A stretch of 64,000 nucleotides of DNA from Spirochaetia bacterium (GTDB lineage Bacteria > Spirochaetota > Spirochaetia > SZUA-6 > Bin103): assembly GCA_965208575.1 (NCBI GenBank), contig CBDBOV010000003.1:512001-576000 (forward strand), read 5' to 3'. The position numbers were made by a program, and so were the translations under genes. The notes beneath the pieces were generated by a model. It saw nothing but the letters and a program-made list of their open reading frames with translations, ran no database searches and was not told where the DNA came from. Positions 56,101 through 64,000 of the stretch are shown here, piece after piece. How positions within the stretch are numbered: the stretch's first letter is position 1; every line of letters starts with the position of its first letter.

Positions 56101-57738
56101 GCCGACGTGGACTACCTGGAGGCGCACGGCGCCGGTTCGAGTATGGGTGACGCCATCGAGGTGCAGGCCGCCGCGGCGGTATACGGGCGCGACCGCGCGG
56201 TCGAACGCCCGCTGCTGATCGGCTCGGTCAAGACCAGCATCGGCCACCTGGAGCCCGCGGCCGGTATCGCGGGCCTGATCAGGGCGGTGCTGGCGATCAA
56301 CCGGGGCGTGATCGGGCCGCACCTGCACTTTCACGACCCCAGCCCGAGTCTCGACTGGGACCGGCTGCCGGTCCGGATCACCACCGAGTCGACGTCGTGG
56401 CCAGCGAGCCCGGGGCGCCCGCGGCGGGCGGGGGTGAGCGCTCTGGGCATCTCCGGCGCCAACGCACACGTCGTGGTGGAGGGGCACGATGGAGCCGACG
56501 CCGACACTGCCGCCGGCCGGGGCGCGGCGTTTGTGCCCGCCGGAAGCGCGCAGCCGGTCGCCGCTTCGTTGCCGGACTGGGCGCCCGGCGAACCCCCGGG
56601 GGGAAGTGACCTCGTGCCGCGCCGCACCCGCCTGCTGCCGCTGTCCGGCAAGTCCGGTGCGGCGCTGCGGGCGCTCGCCGAACGCTACCTGGGGTGGCTG
56701 GACGAGCGCGCCGACGAGCTTGCTGACGGCGGCGCCGCGCAGGCGCTGCTCGCCGACGCGGCGTGGACCGCCGGTGTCGGGCGCAGCCACTTCCCGCACC
56801 GGGCAGCGGTCCTGTTCCAGGACCTCGGATCGCTGCACGCCGGCCTGCAGGCACTGGCCGGCGCGGTCGCCGAGACGGATGCCGAGCCGCGCACCGCGGC
56901 CCGGGCAGCCTTCGCATACTCGGGACAGGCCGGGCCGTGGCTGGCGGCGGCGCGGGTGCTGTACGACAGCGAGCCGGTGGTGCGCGCCGTGCTCGACCGC
57001 TGCGAGGAGGCGCTGTGGGAGGAGCGCGGCGCCTCCCTGCTGGAGGCGATGTTCGAGCGGCCTGGAGCGACCGGGCACCTTGACCGTGGAACGTGGACGC
57101 CGCCGGCGGTGTTTGCGCTGCAGTGCGCCCTGACGGCGCTGTGGTCGAGCGTGGGAATCCGGCCCGCCGCCGTGCTCGGTGAGCGGGTCGGGGAACTCGC
57201 GGCGGCGCAGGCGGCCGGCATGTTGGCCGGCCTGGAGGAGGGACTGCGTCTGGCGGCGTCCACGGCGTCTGGCGGCACCGCGGCTGACGACGCCGCCGTG
57301 GCGCCGGCGGAGTTCGTCCTGGTGGGAGGGGCGCTTCCCCTGGTCAGTGCCGCCACGGGCCGCATCGTGGAGTCGGGGAGCAGTGTCAACAGCGAGCGGT
57401 GGCACCGGCAGGCGGGCGAGCCGGTCGCCGCAGGCGCGTGTCTGCGGACCCTCGCCGACCTGCGGATCGACGCCGTCGTGGAGATTGCCCCGCAGGCGCT
57501 GCCGGGGGTGCCGGCAGACGGCGGCGCAGTTCCGGTAGTCCGGGCGGGCGCCGCCGACACGGCCGGCAGCGGCGCTTCCGGTGAGCCCGATGGCGCATTC
57601 GCGGCAGCGGTCGCGGCCGCCTACGAGGCGGGACTCCCGGTTTCGTTCGCCGGGCTGTTCGCCGGCGAAGCGCGCCGCCGGATCTCGCTGCCGACCTATC
57701 CGTTCCAGCGCCGGCGCCATTGGATCCGGATGCGGTAG
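47141..57738 (+). CDS. supA: SupA-like type I PKS, KS-AT-DH-MT-ER-KR-ACP-KS-AT(inactive), ~3,530 aa; one frameshift at ~50840
   Basis: KS1 DTACSS/EAHGTG/NIGH; AT GHSLG and PAYH; DH HRVFGRLLVP; MT EVGAGTG; ER HAGAGGVG; KR TGGLGGIG; ACP GMDSL; KS2 LNCASS; AT2 GERVG. The domain order matches the sponge-symbiont sup PKS. Confidence 0.85.
54941..55000 (+). repeat. Perfect 30-bp tandem duplication in the Pro/Ala-rich ACP-KS2 linker
   Basis: CCGCCGGCAGCGCAGCCACCGGCAGCGATC x2. Confidence 0.9.
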
Positions 57739-57777
57739 CAATGCACTTCGCATCGCTGCCGGGAGCCTGACCGCACC

Positions 57778-59547
57778 ATGGCCCACGCCGGCGCCGGCGC
57801 GCATTCGGGCATTCGCTACCAGCCGGACGACCGGCCTCCGGCGCTGCTCGCCATCGGGGTCGGAGTGCAGCTCGCGATACTCAATATCGCGGCGATCATG
57901 CTGATCCCGGCGGTGGTGATGCGGACCGCCGGCGCGAGCGACGCGTACGCTTCATGGGCGGTGTTCGCCACCGTCGCGGTATCCGGCCTTACCACGGCGC
58001 TGCAGGCGTTTCGCTTCGGGAGGTTGGGCGGCGGACACGTGCTGCTGATGGGCGCCTCCGCGGCGTTCATCTCGGTCAGCATCACGGCCGTGGCCGAGGG
58101 CGGGCCGGCGTTGCTGGCCACGCTGGTGATCATCACCGCCGTGGTCCCGCTGCTGCTCTCCTGGCGGCTCGCGCAGGTGCAACGCATCGTGACTCCCGCG
58201 GTCGCCGGCACCGTGATCATGCTGATCCCGCTCACGGTACTCCCCGCGGTCGGCAACCTGCTGACCAGCGTGCCGGCCGGCAGCCCGGCCGCCGGCGCCC
58301 CGCTCAGTGCGTTGGCCACGGTCGCGGTGATCACCACCCTGACGTTGAAGGCACCGGGGGCGTGGCGGCTGTGGGCGCCGGTCATCGGGGTGGGCGCCGG
58401 TGCGCTCGTGGGCGGCTGGTTCGGTCTGTACGATACCGGCCGGGTCGCCGCGGCGGCGTGGGTCGATCTCCCGCAGAGCCGGTGGCCTGGCTTCGATCTC
58501 TCCTTCGGGGCCTCGTTCTGGGCACTGCTGCCGGCGTTCCTGCTGGTGGCGGTGATCGCCGCCGTTCGCACCATGAGCAGCGCCGTCGCCGTCCAGCGCG
58601 TGTCGTGGCGCGGCTCGCGGGCAATCGACTACCGCGCCGTGCAGGGCGCGGTGACCCTCGACGGCGTGGGCAACCTGCTGTCGGGTCTCGCCGGCACCCT
58701 GCCCAATACCACCTACTCGGTCAGCGCACCGCTGATCTCGCTCACCGGAGTGGCGGCGCGCGGCGTCGGTATTGCCACCGGCGCGGTGTTCGTCGTCGTG
58801 GTGTTTCTGCCGAAGACGCTGGCGGTGATCCTGGCGGTCCCCGACCCGGTCCTTGCCGGCTACCTGCTCGTGCTGCTCGGGCTGCTGTTCCTGGTCGGCA
58901 TCAACATCGTCGTGCAGGATGGCCTCGATGCACGCAAGGGAATGATCGTGGGGCTGGCGCTGCTGATCGGCGTGAGCGCGCACTACGGCTTCATATTTCC
59001 CGGCCTGCTCGCCGAGTTCGCCGGTGGTCTGTTGCGCAACGGCATGAACGCCGGCGGCTACTCGGCGATCCTGATGACGCTGTTCGTGGCGCTCACCGAG
59101 TCGCGCCGCAGCCGCTTCCGGGCGGCGCGCTTCGATCGCTCGGTACTGCCAGACGTGGCCACGTTCGTTCGCGCATTTGCCGCCCGCAATGGTTGGGACG
59201 AGGCGACGGCGCGGCGACTCGACGCCGCCGGCGAAGAAACGCTGCTGGCGCTGCTCGGCGATGATGCAGGCCGCCGGGACGGACACGGCCGGCACCTGCA
59301 CCTGGCAGCGTACCGCGAGGAAGGCGGGGCGGTGCTCGAATTCGCGGTCGGTCCCGCCGGGCAGAACCTGCAGGACCGGATCGCGCTACTCCGCGAGCAT
59401 ACCGATGAGGAAGCGGTGGAGCGGGAAGTCAGCCTGCGCCTGCTGCGCCATCTCGCCTCCTCGGTGCACCACCGGCAGTATCACGGCACCGACATCGTGA
59501 CCGTCCGGGTGCAGGCGCCGGTGCCCGCCCGCGGCACACGGACGTAA
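57778..59547 (+). CDS. Xanthine/uracil (NCS2)-family permease with an extra soluble C-terminal domain (SupE-like)
   Basis: YQPDDRPP, LLMGASAAF, DGVGNLLSGLAGTLPNTTYS and many TM segments; lies 39 nt after the PKS stop. Confidence 0.85.
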   Translation: MAHAGAGAHSGIRYQPDDRPPALLAIGVGVQLAILNIAAIMLIPAVVMRTAGASDAYASWAVFATVAVSGLTTALQAFRFGRLGGGHVLLMGASAAFISVSITAVAEGGPALLATLVIITAVVPLLLSWRLAQVQRIVTPAVAGTVIMLIPLTVLPAVGNLLTSVPAGSPAAGAPLSALATVAVITTLTLKAPGAWRLWAPVIGVGAGALVGGWFGLYDTGRVAAAAWVDLPQSRWPGFDLSFGASFWALLPAFLLVAVIAAVRTMSSAVAVQRVSWRGSRAIDYRAVQGAVTLDGVGNLLSGLAGTLPNTTYSVSAPLISLTGVAARGVGIATGAVFVVVVFLPKTLAVILAVPDPVLAGYLLVLLGLLFLVGINIVVQDGLDARKGMIVGLALLIGVSAHYGFIFPGLLAEFAGGLLRNGMNAGGYSAILMTLFVALTESRRSRFRAARFDRSVLPDVATFVRAFAARNGWDEATARRLDAAGEETLLALLGDDAGRRDGHGRHLHLAAYREEGGAVLEFAVGPAGQNLQDRIALLREHTDEEAVEREVSLRLLRHLASSVHHRQYHGTDIVTVRVQAPVPARGTRT

Positions 59548-59570
59548 GGCCTGCGCTCAGCCGCGGGACG

Positions 59571-60497
59571 CTACGGCAGACCGTTCGACTCCAGGAAGTC
59601 CCGGATCAACGCGGCGCACTCGGCCGGTTTCTCCAGTGGAAACAGGTGCGTGGACTCCGGCAGGAAGTCGTAGTCAACGTCTGCCATGTCGGCGAGGTCG
59701 AGCGTCGGCAGGTAGGCATAGGGCAGGGTGGGGTCGGACCCGATCACCTTGGTGGGGCAGGCGAGCTGGCCGAGGTCCACGAGCACGCAGTAGATGCGGG
59801 TGTATTGCATGACCTGTGCCTCGTATTCGCGCGGGCAGCGCAGTTCGTAGTCCTGCCCGTTGGACGATCGGCGCAGCGTGGTTCGTGCCATCAGTTCGCG
59901 AACCCCCGGAACGACGCGCGCGAAGGCGGGAAAGAAGCTCAGCAGTTCGACGAAGGCGTCTCGGGACGGGAACCGGTACCCGCGCCGCCGGATCGCTTCC
60001 GCGGCGCGCGTGGCAGCCACCTCGAACTCCAACTGGCTGGTCCCCGGCTTGCAGAGCGTCGGATCCAGCAGCACCTGAGCGGCCAGCGGACGGCGGTCGT
60101 CGATTGCCCGGATCTGCGTCGTCGCCGACGACAGGAGCGCAATGAGAGCGGAAACGGAGTGATAGACGCCGATCTTGGGCTTGTCGCCGAAGTGCCGGTC
60201 GATCGCCTGCAGAATGTGCTCGTGGTCGTGGATCAGGGTCGGAATGTTGTGCCGGGCGCGCGGGCCCACGGTGTTCCAGCCGTGGTTCCTGAGGTCATAC
60301 AGGATCAGGTCGAACTCGTCGGCCAGCAGCGACCAGAACGGGTAGTAGAGGTCGATCGCCAGGCCGTTGCCGTGTCCGAGCACGAGCCGCGTACCGTGCG
60401 GGTTGCCATATCTGCGCAGCGCAATGACGGTGTCGTGGTCGAGGCGCACTTCGCGCACGGCGAGCGGATCGGGTATCTCCCACACGGGTTCCAACAT
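59571..60497 (-). CDS. Alpha/beta-fold hydrolase (SupD-like)
   Basis: GHGNGL, YDLRNHG, GVYHSVS nucleophile elbow, and THLFPLEKP. Confidence 0.85.
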   Translation of the reverse strand: MLEPVWEIPDPLAVREVRLDHDTVIALRRYGNPHGTRLVLGHGNGLAIDLYYPFWSLLADEFDLILYDLRNHGWNTVGPRARHNIPTLIHDHEHILQAIDRHFGDKPKIGVYHSVSALIALLSSATTQIRAIDDRRPLAAQVLLDPTLCKPGTSQLEFEVAATRAAEAIRRRGYRFPSRDAFVELLSFFPAFARVVPGVRELMARTTLRRSSNGQDYELRCPREYEAQVMQYTRIYCVLVDLGQLACPTKVIGSDPTLPYAYLPTLDLADMADVDYDFLPESTHLFPLEKPAECAALIRDFLESNGLP

Positions 60498-60708
60498 GGC
60501 GGCGGTATCAGCGCCCAGGCGACGGAGGGCTCTGGATATCGGAAGGGTATTGGCGCACGGACGTGTCGTCAACTTCCGAACTGCCCGTCGATTCCCTGCC
60601 GGCGCCGGCAAGCGCAAGCGGGATGATGACGCAACGTCCCGGAACGACCTACCATGCACGCACGGGCCGAACGCCGGCTGCCAGGCGGCGGCGCATGAGG
60701 AGGAACCG

Positions 60709-61815
60709 ATGAGGGACGCGTATCTGGTCGAGGGCGAGCGGCGGGCCGGTGAGCTGGGCAACCGCGGACCGCTTCGGTTCGACCGCGACGGCAACCTGGC
60801 GCCGGACATCCTCAAGGCCTACCGCCGCACCGGCTTCTACGTGTTCGAGGGACTGCTGCGCAATACGGAACTGGGCGAATTGCGGGCCGACTTCGAGCGC
60901 GTGCTGCAGCAGGCGCCGCGTTCGGGAGCGGCCGTAGTCGATGCGCGCGGACGGCCGGCGCTCGGGGTCGATCTCAAGCTGCCGCAATTCCACTTCGCCA
61001 AGCCTCTGAGCGATCCGATCGGCGGCACCAAGCTCCTCGACGGACGCCACCCGGTGAAAATGGCCGAACCGCCCGCGCCGGGCGATGCGCCGGACAGGAT
61101 CCTGTATTACATCGGCAACGGTGCGCTGCAGCTCATGGATACCTATCTGCGGCTGTACGGCAACCCGGATCTGCTGCGCGTGGCCGAGCAGATCGCCGGA
61201 CCCGATTTCGTTCCGTGGTACGAGGCGGTGTTCGTGAAGCATGCCGGACTCGGTCCATCGACGGCATGGCATCAGGACGGTACCACCCATTGGGACAACC
61301 CGGCGCTCGGCGCGGGCGCGCACGGGTTCAACGTGATGACCCAGCTCTATCTGACCACCCCGGCGAATGCGCTCTGGGTGGTTCCCGGCACCCATCTGGC
61401 CAAGGTCGACATCGTGGCGCGCGTTGCCGCCAACGGCGGTTCCGATCGCCTGCCCGGCGCGGTGCCGATGCTGTGCCACCCCGGCGACGTGGCGGTCAAC
61501 GACCGCCAGGTCCTGCACGGGGCATTCGCGAACGCATCCGACCGGCGGCGGGTGACGCTGGTGTTCGGGTTCTACCCGCGCGCTTCGGTGCTCGGGGTGA
61601 TGCGCGGCAATCCGCCCCGGCTCTATGACGCCGCACGCATCCACGAGCGCTCGCGTATCGTCGCGTTGGCCATCGATGCCCGCCGCCAGCACTATCCGCA
61701 CGAGGTCCCCTACGTGTACCAGCCGCTGGCCGGCGAGCCCGAGGCCAACCGCTGGAACGAGGACGCGCGCGAGTCGATCCTGAAGAACTACGACATCAAC
61801 ACCATGTTCCTGTGA
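60709..61815 (+). CDS. Phytanoyl-CoA dioxygenase (PhyH)-family Fe/2OG enzyme
   Basis: GAGGAGGA RBS; AWHQDG, LWVVPGTH, PGDV and LHGAFAN..RR. Confidence 0.88.
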   Translation: MRDAYLVEGERRAGELGNRGPLRFDRDGNLAPDILKAYRRTGFYVFEGLLRNTELGELRADFERVLQQAPRSGAAVVDARGRPALGVDLKLPQFHFAKPLSDPIGGTKLLDGRHPVKMAEPPAPGDAPDRILYYIGNGALQLMDTYLRLYGNPDLLRVAEQIAGPDFVPWYEAVFVKHAGLGPSTAWHQDGTTHWDNPALGAGAHGFNVMTQLYLTTPANALWVVPGTHLAKVDIVARVAANGGSDRLPGAVPMLCHPGDVAVNDRQVLHGAFANASDRRRVTLVFGFYPRASVLGVMRGNPPRLYDAARIHERSRIVALAIDARRQHYPHEVPYVYQPLAGEPEANRWNEDARESILKNYDINTMFL

Positions 61816-61851
61816 CCGCCCGGGTTTCGGGGTACGAGTGCGACAGGCTGC

Positions 61852-62541
61852 TCAGTCGCGGTAGAGCAGTCGGTAGAGGAGCCAACCGAGAATCGCACCC
61901 ACAATCGGACCGACGATGAAGATCCACACGTTCGCCAGCGCCGCGCCGCCCTGGACCAGCGCCGGGCCGAGGCTGCGCGCCGGGTTGAGGGAGGCATCGC
62001 CGAGTTGCGCGCCCACCAGGTGAGCCACGAACAGGTAGCCGCCGATGGCGATGCCGGCGACGCCGGGGGCGGCGTCGTCGCGGGTTGCGCCCAGAATCAC
62101 CACCAGGAACAGGGCCGTCATCACCAATTCGAGCAGCAGCAGCGAGAAGGCGCCCATCTGCCGCGGATTGCCGTTGGCGCCCAGGCCGTTGCTGCCCAGT
62201 TCGTACCCTGGGATGCCGCCGACGATGACCAGCAACACCAGGCTGGCGACGAGTGCCCCCACTACCTGTGCGATGATGTACGCGGCTGCCTTGCCGCCTT
62301 CGATCTTGCGGGCGATCAACATGGCAATGGTCACCGCGGGGTTGATGTGGCACCCGGATACCGGCCCGATCACCCAGACCAGCACCATCAGCGTACAACC
62401 GAAGGCGAACGAGATTCCGAGCCAGCCGGTGTCTCCGTAGCCGGGCAGGAACCCTTGCAGGGTGGCGACGCCGGTTCCGATGAAGACCAGCGCGAAGGTA
62501 CCCACCAACTCTCCAAGAAAACTGCGTGCATTCGCTGGCAT
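61852..62541 (-). CDS. aqpZ: Aquaporin Z-like MIP channel
   Basis: ELVGTFALVF, SGCHINPAV and SLNPARS; GGAGGA RBS. Confidence 0.9.
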   Translation of the reverse strand: MPANARSFLGELVGTFALVFIGTGVATLQGFLPGYGDTGWLGISFAFGCTLMVLVWVIGPVSGCHINPAVTIAMLIARKIEGGKAAAYIIAQVVGALVASLVLLVIVGGIPGYELGSNGLGANGNPRQMGAFSLLLLELVMTALFLVVILGATRDDAAPGVAGIAIGGYLFVAHLVGAQLGDASLNPARSLGPALVQGGAALANVWIFIVGPIVGAILGWLLYRLLYRD

Positions 62542-62759
62542 CTCTCTACGTCCTCCTGCGAGGGGCCACCCGGCTGCCGGCCCTCAACGCTACGCCCGGC
62601 AACCGTCCCGGTATTAGTCCCTCAATGATCAACCTGTGGTATCTGCTTCCCATATTAGGGAGTGGTCAAGATAAATATCTGTTGATTTGTATATTGTACC
62701 ACTGATGCGGCTTTGTGCGAAGCGGCTGCCGAGGGCGTCGGTGGCGGCGGGGGAGACCG

Positions 62760-62792
62760 ACGTGCCGGCCGCGGGCCGGGCGGCCGGCACGT
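62760..62792. terminator. GC-rich hairpin downstream of the sulfatase (no U-tract)
   Basis: ACGTGCCGGCCGC-7nt-GCGGCCGGCACGT, a perfect 13-bp stem. Confidence 0.35.
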
Positions 62793-62816
62793 GCGGTCCC
62801 GCGCCGGGGGCCGGCG

Positions 62817-64000
62817 TCAGCGCCGGTCAGTGACGCGTGGCACCACGTCGCAGGTTTCCTGGTACCAGCGCAGCATCCGGAGGCGCAGTTCGGCCAGCAC
62901 ATCGCGGTAGGCCGGCTCGTCGACCACGTTGCGCTGCTCGCCGGGATCAAGCGCCAGGTCGTACAACTCGTCGCTCTCGTACAGGCGCTGCACGTACTTG
63001 TGGGTCGCCGTACGGCACATGGCCGCCTTGCCGTGGTACGGCTCGTCGAGTTGCACCTGGAGCGCGATGCGCGGCGCGTACAGGCCGAGCGGGCCGCCGC
63101 CGCTGGTGCTCTCCAGTTCCGAGGCCTGCACCTCGCCGAGCCGCCGCCCGCCCTCGCAGAACACCGCGTCACGGCCCTCCCGGTCGCCCCTGCCGCTCAG
63201 CAGCGGCAACAGGCTGCGCCCGAAGTGGTCGTAGCCCGGATCGATGCCGGTCAGCTCGTATACCGTCGCCGAGAAGTCCGCCAGCTCCACCAGGGCGTCG
63301 CAGACGCGCGGCGTCACCGCCACGCCGGACGGCGGCTTGACCACCAGCGGCACCCGGGTCAGGCAGTCCTCGAACGTGTTCTGGGCCTTCTCCACCAGCC
63401 CGTAGTCGCCGGTGAAGTCGCCGTGGTCCGAGAACAGGAACACCGCCGCGTCGTCGTAGCGTCCGCACTCGCGCAGGGCGTCGCAGAGCTGGCCGAACTG
63501 GTGGTCGACGCGCGCACACATGCCGTAGTAGGTGGCGCGCAACTCGGTCCAGCGTTCCTCGCTCCAGCGCTGCAGGCGCTGGCCGCGGCGAATGCCGCCG
63601 AGCAGCGACGGCTTGCCGGTCTCGTCCGCGGGCGCCGGAATGCGCGGCGGCAGCGCGGCGCGGTCGGTGACGCCGTACCACGGCTCCTCCACGCAGTAGG
63701 GCGGATGGGGGTAGGTGAGCGGCAGGTAGATGCACAGCGGCTGGTCGCCGCGGTACTCGCGCAGGCAGTCGATGGCGCCGAGCACGTTGGCCCAGTCGCG
63801 GTCGCAGTAGCACGGGTCGTCGCCGCGCTCCAGCCGGCCCTTGAAGAAGCTGTAGAAGTTGTCGCCCTCCGGGTCGCCGCGCCAGGCCAGGTCGCCGGCG
63901 TGGGCGCCCTCGCGCGGCGTGCAACCCCAGCGCCGGTAGTCGGCAGCGGTCGGCTCGAACTTCACGTCGCAGTAGGGCGACAGGTCGGCCCCGCCGGGCA
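62817..64000 (-). CDS. Sulfatase-family hydrolase (5' end beyond the window)
   Basis: YPHPPY, YYGMCARVDHQFG, FSDHGD, RVPLVVK and ELYDLALDPGE. Confidence 0.88.
   Translation of the reverse strand, partial: PGGADLSPYCDVKFEPTAADYRRWGCTPREGAHAGDLAWRGDPEGDNFYSFFKGRLERGDDPCYCDRDWANVLGAIDCLREYRGDQPLCIYLPLTYPHPPYCVEEPWYGVTDRAALPPRIPAPADETGKPSLLGGIRRGQRLQRWSEERWTELRATYYGMCARVDHQFGQLCDALRECGRYDDAAVFLFSDHGDFTGDYGLVEKAQNTFEDCLTRVPLVVKPPSGVAVTPRVCDALVELADFSATVYELTGIDPGYDHFGRSLLPLLSGRGDREGRDAVFCEGGRRLGEVQASELESTSGGGPLGLYAPRIALQVQLDEPYHGKAAMCRTATHKYVQRLYESDELYDLALDPGEQRNVVDEPAYRDVLAELRLRMLRWYQETCDVVPRVTDRR

Noticed and set aside
47374-59301. Long minus-strand ORFs opposite the PKS and permease
   Set aside because: Antisense artefacts of high-GC codon usage.
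1-64000. tRNA/rRNA genes
   Set aside because: None recognised by eye; tRNAscan-SE or Infernal would be needed to exclude them.

Overview
GC-rich bacterial window with several hallmarks of a marine-sponge symbiont: a sup-type PKS, PhyH and sulfatase genes, a Uma2 remnant and a giant repeat adhesin with eukaryote-like LRRs (the host assignment is inference). (1) 1-19.5 kb is an AT-richer, IS-riddled accessory island. It holds a YfbU-family gene, a Hachiman-like HamA/HamB nuclease-helicase pair and at least six mobile elements: a DDE IS with 16-bp IRs, a cargo-bearing IS1595, an IS630, a cargo-bearing IS3, a decayed IS hosting the last two, and a tyrosine-recombinase plus IS91-type HUH element. 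(2) 19.5-46.6 kb is one giant minus-strand autotransporter-like adhesin gene (~7,800 aa when rebuilt). It has Calx-beta, two VLR-like LRR heads, 21 Ig-like repeats, an SwmB-like domain, 35 cadherin-like repeats in a 1371-bp higher-order array, PKD, He_PIG and a beta-barrel. A 3571-bp four-gene TG...CA transposon with a 5-bp TSD splits it. (3) 47.1-64 kb is a supA-like KS-AT-DH-MT-ER-KR-ACP-KS-AT PKS (one frameshift), a permease, an alpha/beta-hydrolase, a PhyH dioxygenase, an aquaporin and a sulfatase. Many frameshifts lie in homopolymers and may be long-read errors. All family calls come from motif recognition, not database searches.
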